A DNA stretch of 64,000 nucleotides, taken from assembly GCF_044324875.1 (NCBI RefSeq), contig NZ_CP172186.1; one strand, given 5' to 3'. A model generated the notes under the pieces. The model did no database searches and was not told where the DNA came from. It saw only the letters and a list, made by a program, of their open reading frames with translations. Of this stretch, positions 49,606 through 59,241 are shown in pieces (within the stretch, counting starts at the first letter, position 1; the number at the start of each line of letters is the position of its first letter). A program made the translations under genes and the position numbers. Origin of the DNA: Escherichia coli. GTDB lineage: Bacteria; Pseudomonadota; Gammaproteobacteria; Enterobacterales; Enterobacteriaceae.

Positions 49606-50309
49606 GTGAATATCTCCGAAGTGCGGAAAACGGAATCAGGGAGGAGGGTTAGTGCATACAGTGATGCGCAGAGAAACGGGGCGAACGGCAGTGCCTGCTG
49701 ATGTCTGTGACGGCAGAAGAGGAGGATAAACAGAAATGCCCCGGAAGCTGCGGCGGTGATTAGCAGCGGCGTGTGTTGTGGCTGTGTCCACATTGCAATT
49801 CCTGCTATCAGGAATACATCACCAAGGCCGAGTGCTTCTGTTCCTTTTGCCGTTATGAAAAACTGCCGTAGCAGGTATGTCATGCCGAACCAGAGTGATG
49901 CGTTGAGGAGGCTGTATGTGAGCTCCTCCAGGCTGTACCTGAACGCTGCCCCCAGAACAATCAGTGAAAGCGTGAATATCCGGGGAAGCCGACAGACGGC
50001 GATGTCCGTCAGCGTCATTACAGTTAATAATCCCGTCAGAATGGAAAGGAATAACAGCCCCGTGGCTTCAACACCATATGCGCCGTTGAGGCTGACACTC
50101 ACTATGGCCAGAAGGCAACACACGTACACCACCGGCCTGGGCGGCCGGGTGTCGTGTACTGCTGACAGGTAGAGAGCGGCGGTGATGTATGCAATATAAA
50201 GAATAACCGCCAGGATGATGATTATTATTGTCATGCTCAGTAATGCGCTCACCGTCACCTCGTATTTATTAATATTGTCTGAAATACCGGTTGTGGATTT
50301 TTCGGGCAT
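49602..50309 (-). CDS. pilU: prepilin peptidase PilU
   Basis: 235 aa polytopic membrane protein; position between pilT and pilV. Confidence 0.75.
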   Translation of the reverse strand: MPEKSTTGISDNINKYEVTVSALLSMTIIIIILAVILYIAYITAALYLSAVHDTRPPRPVVYVCCLLAIVSVSLNGAYGVEATGLLFLSILTGLLTVMTLTDIAVCRLPRIFTLSLIVLGAAFRYSLEELTYSLLNASLWFGMTYLLRQFFITAKGTEALGLGDVFLIAGIAMWTQPQHTPLLITAAASGAFLFILLFCRHRHQQALPFAPFLCASLYALTLLPDSVFRTSEIFT

Positions 50310-50745
50310 ATATCATGCGCCGGGCTGTGTTATTTTTGCTGAAACCGGCGTTATAGCTGCCAAGGCATTCCCAGTTAACGCCGCAGCGTTGAAAATGGCG
50401 GGCCAGTATCCAGGCACCGGTATGAATATTCAGGCAGGGCTTTTTAAGCAGTTCATCCTTGTTTTTAATGACGCCCAGTTTTTTCAGTTCAGGAATATGC
50501 ACTGAATTAATCTGCATTATTCCGTAATCCGTACTGATAATTTTTCCGGATTTGTTTTTATTGTGATTTATCGCAGTGGCGACCAGGCCGCTTTCCTGCT
50601 GTGCAATGGTTTTAAGAAGCTCAGGCGCAATCAGGTAACGTTTTCCGGCCTGAATAAAACAGGAATCGAGATGATTATTATTCATCACAGATGCGATTGA
50701 TGTGTGACTGAATAAAAGCAGGACAGAGAGATATAACCATTTCAT
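50269..50745 (-). CDS. pilT: lytic transglycosylase PilT
   Basis: Signal peptide; SLT-like motif ..AQQESG..YGIMQIN.. Confidence 0.75.
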   Translation of the reverse strand: MKWLYLSVLLLFSHTSIASVMNNNHLDSCFIQAGKRYLIAPELLKTIAQQESGLVATAINHNKNKSGKIISTDYGIMQINSVHIPELKKLGVIKNKDELLKKPCLNIHTGAWILARHFQRCGVNWECLGSYNAGFSKNNTARRMIYARKIHNRYFRQY

Positions 50746-50803
50746 TATGATAATCCCGGCAGTGACAGCATCCTCTGGTATTTAAGGATGCTGTCCGGAA
50801 ACA

Positions 50804-51340
50804 TTAGCTGTTTGTTTCAAGGGTGATGTTATTTTTGTCGTTACTACATACTGTTACGGGATCCACAGTAGCCGGGGCGGTATTCATGATTTTGGTAAAC
50901 ATGGATGAACTGCGCAGGCTGTTAATGAGTTCCACGCAATTTTCTTTCGGTACATTATTGCTGGTAATCGTATAACCATACTTATCTGCTGTTGCCTTAA
51001 TGGTGACATCACCGCCCCAGGCATTTTTGGCCTTGTTACCACCGGCGATCATATCGGCCGGCAGGGAACCACTCTGCGTCAGCGTTTTGATATAATCACT
51101 GCTGGTATATTGTCCCTGGAACTTGTACTGCTTCATTTTGGTTGCAATGGTCTGCAGGTTTTTCACTTCGCGCTGGTTATCACTGGATGACATGGTACTG
51201 GACATCTGACTCATTGCGAGAACAACCACAATACCGATAATAATCAGTGCGCCGGCAACTTCCAGTAAGGTTAAACCTTTATCCTCCTCTTTCTCTTTTT
51301 TTAAAGCAAAATAAGAATAAAGACATGATCTGAAGTTCAT
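50804..51340 (-). CDS. pilS: type IV prepilin PilS (thin-pilus major pilin)
   Basis: Leader followed by GLTLLEVAGALIIIGIVVVLA prepilin cleavage/hydrophobic segment. Confidence 0.8.
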   Translation of the reverse strand: MNFRSCLYSYFALKKEKEEDKGLTLLEVAGALIIIGIVVVLAMSQMSSTMSSSDNQREVKNLQTIATKMKQYKFQGQYTSSDYIKTLTQSGSLPADMIAGGNKAKNAWGGDVTIKATADKYGYTITSNNVPKENCVELINSLRSSSMFTKIMNTAPATVDPVTVCSNDKNNITLETNS

Positions 51341-51389
51341 ATATCACTCCTGGTTTATGGGATGTTTCAGAAATATTCTGTATGCGGGA

Positions 51390-52556
51390 TTATTGTTTCA
51401 GCATGTCGCTGATACTGTAGATGGCAGATATCATGTTAAGAATAAAAAAGAAGACAAAACCTCCTGATATACCGGTAATAATTAATCCAATTCGTTTTAC
51501 CCGTTTTTTTGCTTCCTCCAGCCACTGATCGGCATAGAGTGCCATGGTTGCCACACTGTCCTCCCTTTCGGAGTTCAGGAGCAGTTTATTGATGCATATT
51601 CTGGACGGAAAATCGTAACCGGAATTTCGCATTGCTGTGGCCAGATTCTGACCGGATAATACATGTTTTCGTATTGCCTGAATTCTCTCCTTTAACCATT
51701 TATTCTTTTCTGCACCTTTTTCCATTCGGAGCAGCGCCTGCGAAAGAGGAATATTAATCTGCAGCATGGATGAAATACTGAACAGATAATTCACCCCGTG
51801 TAAGGTCTGATACAGTGACCAGGGGGGAGCCTTGTCCAGCATCCTCCGGCCGGGGCCGGTATACCGGCTGAATGAAAAACGGATCAGAAGCGTCAGGGCG
51901 AAAATGGTCCCACAGAGCCAGAATCCGTACCCGATGAAAAATTCCGACATGCCGGCAAGCAATTTCATCTGGAATGACCATTTATCTTCTGAAGCAAACG
52001 CACTGACGATGGGGATGATACGGGTATGGGCGTTGTACATATTCACCACACAGAGCGAAAGCAGCAGAAGGGGGTAGAGGCAGACGGCAATGAGGCTGGA
52101 TGTCATTTCCCGCCGGGCTTTAACGGTTCTGGCCACCTGGAAAAGGGCGTCGGCAATATTTCCGCGCTCTTCCCCGTTTCTGATTAACGTGGCTTCCTCC
52201 GGTGGCACCCAGGTTAACAGGGCACCGGATAACATGCCGCTGGCTTTGATGGAATCGATGCATTCTTTTGCCAGAAAATACATGCCGGATGTGCCTTTCT
52301 TTTCACCAAAATCGGTTTCGATCTCGCAGAGAAATTCGAGTGCACGCAGGGACGGCGTTCCGTCACGTATCATGCCGCCCAGGGCTTCGTAGAACTCCAC
52401 CCGGTTCAGGGCAAAGGTTTTTCTGGCTATCCAGACAGTCAGTGCTGTCAGCTCAATGTCGGTGTTGTTGAGTTTTTCCAGAAATCTCATGTCAGTGCAG
52501 CAGCGTATAGCTGTCCTCGTCGATGGGAGAGATGTAATGGGCCGCCAGCGGATCAA
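51390..52556 (-). CDS. pilR: type IV pilus inner-membrane platform protein PilR (GspF/TadB-like)
   Basis: 388 aa polytopic membrane protein downstream of the ATPase. Confidence 0.7.
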   Translation of the reverse strand: MIRWRPITSLPSTRTAIRCCTDMRFLEKLNNTDIELTALTVWIARKTFALNRVEFYEALGGMIRDGTPSLRALEFLCEIETDFGEKKGTSGMYFLAKECIDSIKASGMLSGALLTWVPPEEATLIRNGEERGNIADALFQVARTVKARREMTSSLIAVCLYPLLLLSLCVVNMYNAHTRIIPIVSAFASEDKWSFQMKLLAGMSEFFIGYGFWLCGTIFALTLLIRFSFSRYTGPGRRMLDKAPPWSLYQTLHGVNYLFSISSMLQINIPLSQALLRMEKGAEKNKWLKERIQAIRKHVLSGQNLATAMRNSGYDFPSRICINKLLLNSEREDSVATMALYADQWLEEAKKRVKRIGLIITGISGGFVFFFILNMISAIYSISDMLKQ

Positions 52557-54000
52557 CCTGCCCGCTGTTGATTTTTCCCAGCAGATGCTGATTTCGTGTC
52601 ATGCCGCCCAGCTCCCGGTGCCAGTATGTTCTGGCCTCAATACGCCCCTTTTCCCGGTACAACTGGAAAAAACGGGCATCCGGGGAGATGACTTCTGCGA
52701 TCACCGTTCGTCCTGTCACGCCACGCCAGCAGTGCGGGCAGCCTTCATGATTTCGCAGATATACCTGGTCCGGGTTGCAGACGCTTTCCACCAGGTGCCG
52801 TTCATCATCCGTGCGCTCGGTAGCCACCTCATGCCAGGGGCGACGGCAGTGCGGACATATCAGCTGAACCAGACGCTGGCTCAGCAGGCCAATGAACAGT
52901 TGCGGGTCGGCAATCATCCTGGCCTGTACCCCCTCCATCTCAAGACGTTCGAGGATGTTAATCGGGTCGTTCGCATGGATGGTGGTCAGCATCAGATGGC
53001 CGGTCATGGCGGCTTTTATTGCCGTAATGGCGGAATCGTGGTCGCGGATTTCACCGTTCAGGATCCCGTCGGGGTCAAGACGCAGTGCCGATTTGATGGA
53101 GTCCACCCAGCCCTGCGCGGTATCCATGACGGCGGTCTGAATGGCACCGGGAATACGCCCTTCCGGCGGGGATTCGATGGTGAACAGCCTGCGACGGGGA
53201 AGAAGAATATCGCCGGTGTTGTTGAAGCCGTACTGTTCAAGGTACGCCGCAGAGGCGGTTCTCAGCGTGGTGGATTTTCCTGAGCCGGTGGGGCCTGAGA
53301 GCGTGATAATGCCTTCAGGGCGCTGCAGAATGCGGCGAAGAGTGCGCTCCTGGTCAGGGTGATAGCCCAGCATACTGAAGGTCGGGATTTGCTGACTGTC
53401 ATCCTTGATCAGACGGAGCACAGCATATAGGCCGCCCACACAGGGGTAGTGGGAGTAGCGTGCACCAAACAGACCGGCCAGTTTCAGATACTGCTCTGAA
53501 AGACGTGCATCCTGAGGCACCCCGGGATCAAACTGTGTGCCCTTGATAACATCGGTCATGCCGGAATAGGTGGCCCCCAGTAATTCGAGGCCTTCTTCTT
53601 TCCGGAGGATATCGAGCACTTCCAGTTCGCCGTGAACCCGGGCTTCCACATAGGTGAAGTCCGTGTTGTCTCGTCCCGGGGTCATATGAAGGTCTGAGGC
53701 ACCAAGAGAGGCAGAATGGCGGATATAGCCGAGCATTTTCTGCTGTACCGGGTTAATGACGCTTTCATCACCGGCGGTTGTGGTGTCCTGTCTGAGGCGG
53801 GCTATCACATCCAGGGTGGTGAATTCAAAGTCTCCCACACGCCCCTGATGACGTGCGCGCAGGCGGGTCAGATATTCCTGGACGGCACGCAGATGTTTTT
53901 TTCCCTCCACGACCCTGACCCGCAGATGACCGGTTTTATCTGTGTCGATAGCCACATAATCCAGAATGTCATCCGGTGGCAGGTCTGCAGGCTCCAACAT
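52492..54000 (-). CDS. pilQ: type IV pilus assembly ATPase PilQ
   Basis: Walker A LSGPTGSGKSTT; Cys-rich C-terminus; 502 aa. Confidence 0.8.
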   Translation of the reverse strand: MLEPADLPPDDILDYVAIDTDKTGHLRVRVVEGKKHLRAVQEYLTRLRARHQGRVGDFEFTTLDVIARLRQDTTTAGDESVINPVQQKMLGYIRHSASLGASDLHMTPGRDNTDFTYVEARVHGELEVLDILRKEEGLELLGATYSGMTDVIKGTQFDPGVPQDARLSEQYLKLAGLFGARYSHYPCVGGLYAVLRLIKDDSQQIPTFSMLGYHPDQERTLRRILQRPEGIITLSGPTGSGKSTTLRTASAAYLEQYGFNNTGDILLPRRRLFTIESPPEGRIPGAIQTAVMDTAQGWVDSIKSALRLDPDGILNGEIRDHDSAITAIKAAMTGHLMLTTIHANDPINILERLEMEGVQARMIADPQLFIGLLSQRLVQLICPHCRRPWHEVATERTDDERHLVESVCNPDQVYLRNHEGCPHCWRGVTGRTVIAEVISPDARFFQLYREKGRIEARTYWHRELGGMTRNQHLLGKINSGQVDPLAAHYISPIDEDSYTLLH

Positions 54001-54096
54001 AAGGCCTCCTTACGGGCAGCGGCGCCCGGAAAATATGTTTTCTGTTATTAAGCGAGGGAAATAATCAGTTCTTCTGCGGAGAGAATCTGGACATTT

Positions 54097-54771
54097 TCAG
54101 CACAGGCTTAACAGTGTAAAAATGATTACGCCTCCAAAAGCGAATAACAGGGGAATGTTTTTCTCCGGCTGTGTTGATCTCAGCGTTAATACCGGTGTGG
54201 CGAGAGCGTAAAAAATAATACCTGCGGTATAAATAAAATAAGGTGTGATGCCGGACAGATTACATACACTGGCGAATATCATAAGCATGACGGCAACTAC
54301 CGATAAAATAATGGAAGTATTCTTCCATTCACCAGATGGTGTAAGTGAAATGATATCGCCATCCTGTTTATAGTTCGTGTTCAGCTTCAGGAAATGACGG
54401 ATATCTTTCAGCGTGTTCAGTTTCTGCTGGATATCTTCCACAAGTTCCTGTCTGTCGGTTTTTTCACGGAGCAGCTGGAATTTTGTCTCCCTCAGTACAG
54501 ATATAATACGGTCCACCTGGCCGGGGGAGGGATAGTAATGATGTTCGAGCATCCACCGGATATCGGCGATTAACCGGTCAGTTACCGGTGTATTACCGTT
54601 GTTAATGAGAGGTGTTTCGTGCATCCACTGAAATATGCGGTAGATATGTTGCTTAACAAAAATAAAATCATCGGTGGTTTTATTCTCCAGCATGAGATAT
54701 ATCCCGTCGAGTGTTAATAATAAAACGTCCCGGGTGTGAGGTGATTTGTGATGTATTGTACGGAATATCAT
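54097..54771 (-). CDS. hypothetical membrane protein (224 aa): soluble N-domain plus 3 C-terminal TM helices; not a recognised pil gene
   Basis: Track ORF; TM segments SIILSVVAVMLMIFASV, ITPYFIYTAGIIFYALATPVL, IPLLFAFGGVIIFTLLSL; lower GC than flanks. Confidence 0.5.
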   Translation of the reverse strand: MIFRTIHHKSPHTRDVLLLTLDGIYLMLENKTTDDFIFVKQHIYRIFQWMHETPLINNGNTPVTDRLIADIRWMLEHHYYPSPGQVDRIISVLRETKFQLLREKTDRQELVEDIQQKLNTLKDIRHFLKLNTNYKQDGDIISLTPSGEWKNTSIILSVVAVMLMIFASVCNLSGITPYFIYTAGIIFYALATPVLTLRSTQPEKNIPLLFAFGGVIIFTLLSLC

Positions 54772-54788
54772 TTCTGCACTGTAATCGT

Positions 54789-55343
54789 TTACGCAGGTGA
54801 TATATCACACCAGAGTAAATACAGCGGAATGAAGCTGTAGAGTGACCAGAAAAGCCCGAGGGGATCTTTTGCCCACAGGCATAAGAATGTCAGTCCGGTG
54901 CACCATGCGCCGGCAAGTGCCGCGCATAATTCAGCGCCTCCGGAATTGCCGCTCTTCATCATATAACAGAGCGCGATCAGCAGTGGGATAATGAAGACGA
55001 GCGGCAGGACAAAGGATTCGGCTGCGGATATCCATTCCCGGTAACGCCAGCGGTCGTTTAATCTGTCGGCATCATATTTCAGACAGTTGCTCAGGAACGC
55101 CAGATCGTTCATGAGGGGGGCGTCCTGGCCATACTGCGCCGCGAGGCGCATTCTGGCACCCCACAACCGGGCACTCAGGGCACGGAGTTGTGCCGGGGTG
55201 ACCTGTTTTCCCCGACAAAGTTGTACCTGTAATTGTGTTGCCTCGTGGACAATATCTGTGTGGTTCACCCCATATTCTGCAGCGGCTGTTTCCAGGTCAC
55301 GGATGATCAGGCTGAGCCAGGATATCAGTTCACTGATGTTCAT
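54789..55343 (-). CDS. hypothetical membrane protein (184 aa): soluble N-domain plus 3 C-terminal TM helices; not a recognised pil gene
   Basis: Track ORF; TM segments FVLPLVFIIPLLIALCYMM, LCAALAGAWCTGLTFLCLWA, LFWSLYSFIPLYLLW. Confidence 0.5.
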   Translation of the reverse strand: MNISELISWLSLIIRDLETAAAEYGVNHTDIVHEATQLQVQLCRGKQVTPAQLRALSARLWGARMRLAAQYGQDAPLMNDLAFLSNCLKYDADRLNDRWRYREWISAAESFVLPLVFIIPLLIALCYMMKSGNSGGAELCAALAGAWCTGLTFLCLWAKDPLGLFWSLYSFIPLYLLWCDISPA

Positions 55344-55391
55344 TGTCGTTCATCCTTTTGTACGGACAGCCGCCTGTACTGGCGGCCGGTT

Positions 55392-55844
55392 TCATGGTCG
55401 CAGGGTTTTTCTGATGCCGGACTGCTCCAGTACCACACTGTCCGGTGTGATTTTCTCCACGAGATAAGGGGTTCCGGGGATGTTCTGGCCCGTCTTCACA
55501 TCGGTGATGTGTCCACCCGAAAGTTCTATCCGGGCGCTCAGCTGAGGCTGTACACCAAATATTTCTGTCAGACGGGGGGATGTCGCCGTCGACGGGGCAG
55601 TCGGGATGGCGGACGTGCTTTCCTGCGGACGACCGGGCTCTGCGGGAATACCCTGCTCCAGCATGCGCAGTTCATGACGGATTTTCTCTCTCGCCAGCAT
55701 GGCTTCATACAGGGCTGTTTCGTCCTGTATCCGCTCAATCTGCAGTTGCCGGGGACTCTGTTCCTCTGCGTTTCCGGTTGTGGCCATTGCCGTTGCCGGT
55801 AACAGCAGCGCTGAAACCAGAAGGGCTTTTGTTTTAGCGTGCAT
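55392..55844 (-). CDS. pilP: thin-pilus assembly protein PilP
   Basis: 150 aa with signal peptide; size/position match. Confidence 0.6.
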   Translation of the reverse strand: MHAKTKALLVSALLLPATAMATTGNAEEQSPRQLQIERIQDETALYEAMLAREKIRHELRMLEQGIPAEPGRPQESTSAIPTAPSTATSPRLTEIFGVQPQLSARIELSGGHITDVKTGQNIPGTPYLVEKITPDSVVLEQSGIRKTLRP

Positions 55845-57129
55845 AATATTTACCTGTAAATTGATAGTGGAAACGACCGTTCTCCAGTTGTCGTGTGACA
55901 GAGATAAAACGGACAGAAGGCGCCTTCAGACGTTCAACCAGCTGGTATGCCGGGAGTAGCGTCTGTATCTGAAGGTCATACTCTTTCCACGGAGGCTGGA
56001 TAATATTTCCGTTTTCATCGGTGACGCTGTTACTGACCTCCTGCCAGTCCAGCGTCAGTGGCATTGACTGAGCAAGCGTGGTCAGTTGTTCTTGCAGGAC
56101 AGAGCTTTCCGGCAGAGCATCAACGTCGACGGGATGTTCAGGCAGGCGGAAGCTGACTGGCAGGCCAATGCCGCCGGTCTTTCCTTCCGGCATCACAATA
56201 AAGGGGCGGGTACCCGTCATATCACTGATGCGCCGGATGAAGTCAGTCACTGTCGCGCCAGCTGTATTAGTGTACGAGGCGCGAAGATTGCCGCTGCCGC
56301 CGTCAGTTGAACATTCAGCCAGCGAATAACGCCATCCGGAGGCAGACAGTGGCAGTGACGTCCATATGTCAGCACATCCCTGGATAAAGGCGTCGGTTTC
56401 GGGGAGTCCGGGCCAGGGGGGACTGATTTGTTCCTCTGTGACCTGTCGGGCAGCTGCTGCCTGCGCGGCTTGTTCAGTCTTCCACCGTTCATAATACTGC
56501 CAGCCGTACCATGCAGCGCCGAGAAGGGCGATGATCAGCGAGACAGTGATGAACTGCGCTCCCCGGGATACCGGATTCAGGCGCGCGGCAGCCGGATGTT
56601 TACCAGAGCCGGTCAGGGTGGACAGCGGCAGGGCCTGATTCTGATCGCCTGCTGAAAATGCCACCGGTTCATAGCGTGTCCAGCCCTGCTCCGGTTCGGT
56701 GTTGATGGAAAGAAAGGTATCCCGGGCTTCACGGACCTCTTCTCCGCTTCCCACCAGGTCACTGACGAGAACACCGTCGACAGCGGAAACAAAGCTGTAG
56801 CGCGGTGTTTCTCCGGGTAACGTCAGTTCCGTGATGGCATAGCCGCCCTGTTCAAGCAGTGGCAGGATCAGCAGGGCGAGGGAGAAGCACTGACGGGGTT
56901 TTCCGGGCAGTATGCGGCGACTGGCTGTGGCCACCATGGTGTGGGTATCGGCATCTTCATTACTGAGATACTGACAGGCCAGGAAAAGGTCGGCTTTCTG
57001 TGCCCGGGCAAAGTCGCGGGCATGCCGGTACTGTGAGGGCAGTGTTTTCCATTCCAGACCGGCCAGAAACACATTGCGCCCTGCCGTCAGCGGAAACACC
57101 TGCCGCTCTGTCGGTGAAATATCCGTCAC
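55834..57129 (-). CDS. pilO: thin-pilus assembly protein PilO
   Basis: 431 aa; size/position match. Confidence 0.6.
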   Translation of the reverse strand: MTDISPTERQVFPLTAGRNVFLAGLEWKTLPSQYRHARDFARAQKADLFLACQYLSNEDADTHTMVATASRRILPGKPRQCFSLALLILPLLEQGGYAITELTLPGETPRYSFVSAVDGVLVSDLVGSGEEVREARDTFLSINTEPEQGWTRYEPVAFSAGDQNQALPLSTLTGSGKHPAAARLNPVSRGAQFITVSLIIALLGAAWYGWQYYERWKTEQAAQAAAARQVTEEQISPPWPGLPETDAFIQGCADIWTSLPLSASGWRYSLAECSTDGGSGNLRASYTNTAGATVTDFIRRISDMTGTRPFIVMPEGKTGGIGLPVSFRLPEHPVDVDALPESSVLQEQLTTLAQSMPLTLDWQEVSNSVTDENGNIIQPPWKEYDLQIQTLLPAYQLVERLKAPSVRFISVTRQLENGRFHYQFTGKYYAR

Positions 57130-57149
57130 GATCGTCCTCCTTGTGAAAA

Positions 57150-58769
57150 TCAGATGATATTGGGCGTGATCAGCACCACGAGAATGGTGTCGTCGTTTTC
57201 ACTGTTGATCCCACCGCCAAGACCGAAGAATCCCGGCGTGCCTACACCCTGTTTTCCGCTGCGACGTCCTGACTGCTGGAAGCCACTGATAATGACCGTC
57301 TGCCCGGATTTCAGATCCACGGTCTGATTGATGGTTTTCAGATCCACATTCGGCAGCTGGGCTTTACTTCCACCGCTCTCATAATTCTCAATAACCGGTT
57401 TGTCGGAGAGACTCATGGAATAGAGCAACTGCAGTGTCTGTGAGTCCGGGAGAATGAACGGCAGAAGGGTCATGTTAAAACCGGTGGTGATGGTGGCCGC
57501 ATTCAGGGAGGTGGATGAGCCGACATTGGCAGTGGTATCCGTCGTCACACTCTCGATGTAACTCTGCTGATTGGCGATCTGCATTGGCACCGGCGTCAGG
57601 TTTTTGGTGACGGCAGAGTTCTGGGTCACCACACTGACATCCCCCTGGGAAGACAATGCTTTCAGGAAGGCTTTTGAACCGGTGAGTTTACCGTCCACAA
57701 TGGAAACACCACCTGTGATGGCATCACTGGCTGCACTGGTGAATGTGCTGCCGAGACTCAGTCCCAGCGTTCTGTCGCTGAAGACTGCGTTCCAGTCGAT
57801 ACCGGCCTGCTCATTGCGGGTTTTCCGGATACTCAGAATTTCCACATTCAGCACCACCTGACGTTTCATCTCTTCATTGCGTTTTTCAATGAATGCCCGG
57901 ACCGTTTCCAGAACCTGTGGATTATCTGTGACGGTGATAAAGCCCGTGGACATGAACATGCGTCCGATACCCGGGGTCAGCATTGATGTGACCGCATTTT
58001 TCACATCCTGATACAGCGCAGACTTCATATCCACGGTGGTGGTCTGGGTATTGCTGGCATCACCGGAAATGGCATCTGATGCACTGCCTCCTGATGAGCC
58101 GTTTGAGGACATGGTGCCGCTGACCACAGTGGCGTTATAGGTCACCTGACTGTCCATATAGGTGATGGGGAAGGTCTGTGTCTCGAGATAATAGAAGATG
58201 ATATGCGAGCCGTCATAGCGCCAGGATATACCGAGACGGGAGGAGACCGCATTCAGCAGGGTCGTCAGGCCGGAGGCATTCAGTTCAGACAGTGCTGCGG
58301 TATTTCCCGGCAGACGGGATGGTGGCGTGTCAGATGCGCCAATGGCGGCAAGGGGGACCATGCCGCTCGCATCTGGTGGGGGTAACGCGCCCTGGATTTG
58401 TTGTGTGCTGCCGGTTGTGGATGTATTCAGGTATGTCAGTACATCAGGTGTGATCCGTACCGGAATATGGCAGCTTTCCGTGATTCGCTGAACCACCTGC
58501 TGAAGGGTGATGCTCTGACGGGTATGAATGACAATGGGACAACCGGGAACGGTTTTGCCGGTGTTTTTATCCATGACCGGACGGGGATTGATCCATTGTC
58601 GTGATGATTCCTTAACAACCGGCGTCCGGGTTCGCAGATCAGACATCATTTCCCGTGCCCGTTGTTGTTCCGCAACGGCTTCCTTTCTTGTGCTCTCAAG
58701 CTCTCTGTAACTGGCACAGCCCTGTAACAGAGCGGCGGCAATCATAATGGCAAGAATTTTTTTATTCAT
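57150..58769 (-). CDS. pilN: secretin-like outer-membrane lipoprotein PilN
   Basis: Lipobox LLQGCAS; 539 aa; Gly/Ser/Thr-rich beta-rich C-terminal domain. Confidence 0.7.
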   Translation of the reverse strand: MNKKILAIMIAAALLQGCASYRELESTRKEAVAEQQRAREMMSDLRTRTPVVKESSRQWINPRPVMDKNTGKTVPGCPIVIHTRQSITLQQVVQRITESCHIPVRITPDVLTYLNTSTTGSTQQIQGALPPPDASGMVPLAAIGASDTPPSRLPGNTAALSELNASGLTTLLNAVSSRLGISWRYDGSHIIFYYLETQTFPITYMDSQVTYNATVVSGTMSSNGSSGGSASDAISGDASNTQTTTVDMKSALYQDVKNAVTSMLTPGIGRMFMSTGFITVTDNPQVLETVRAFIEKRNEEMKRQVVLNVEILSIRKTRNEQAGIDWNAVFSDRTLGLSLGSTFTSAASDAITGGVSIVDGKLTGSKAFLKALSSQGDVSVVTQNSAVTKNLTPVPMQIANQQSYIESVTTDTTANVGSSTSLNAATITTGFNMTLLPFILPDSQTLQLLYSMSLSDKPVIENYESGGSKAQLPNVDLKTINQTVDLKSGQTVIISGFQQSGRRSGKQGVGTPGFFGLGGGINSENDDTILVVLITPNII

Positions 58770-58799
58770 GGGAGATCCGTGATTTATTCAGATTCGTGA

Positions 58800-59237
58800 C
58801 TAATTCATCCAGAGGATGACGTGATCGGGGATCACTGACGGAAGTGTGATGGAAAGCGCTCTGCCGGCAGTGTCCAGCAGTCGGCCGTTTTCCACCCTGC
58901 CGAGCAGAGCAGAGTCATTACTCTGTTCCCTGAGCGCGGCCATCAGGCCCGGGGTTTCTGTAGCCCAGACAAAAACACGTTGCTGGCTGATGATATGACT
59001 GACGGTATCCGTCCCGGGAATCCCGAGCTGAGCGGATGTCAGCCGCCCTCCGGCTGTCCGTCGTTCCGGATGCTGATGCAGGTAATCATTGATGGCGTTC
59101 ATATAACGAATGAACGTTGCTGCCTGTTGTGTGTTTTCTGCGGCCTGATGACGGTGTTCGCTGCGGGAGAGCTGACTGGTGAACCAGAAATTGCCGGTGG
59201 TCGTGATGACCATGATGAACACGATGAACCAGCCCAT
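58800..59237 (-). CDS. pilM: thin-pilus assembly protein PilM
   Basis: 145 aa, N-terminal TM; size/position match. Confidence 0.6.
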   Translation of the reverse strand: MGWFIVFIMVITTTGNFWFTSQLSRSEHRHQAAENTQQAATFIRYMNAINDYLHQHPERRTAGGRLTSAQLGIPGTDTVSHIISQQRVFVWATETPGLMAALREQSNDSALLGRVENGRLLDTAGRALSITLPSVIPDHVILWMN

Positions 59238-59241
59238 AAGG

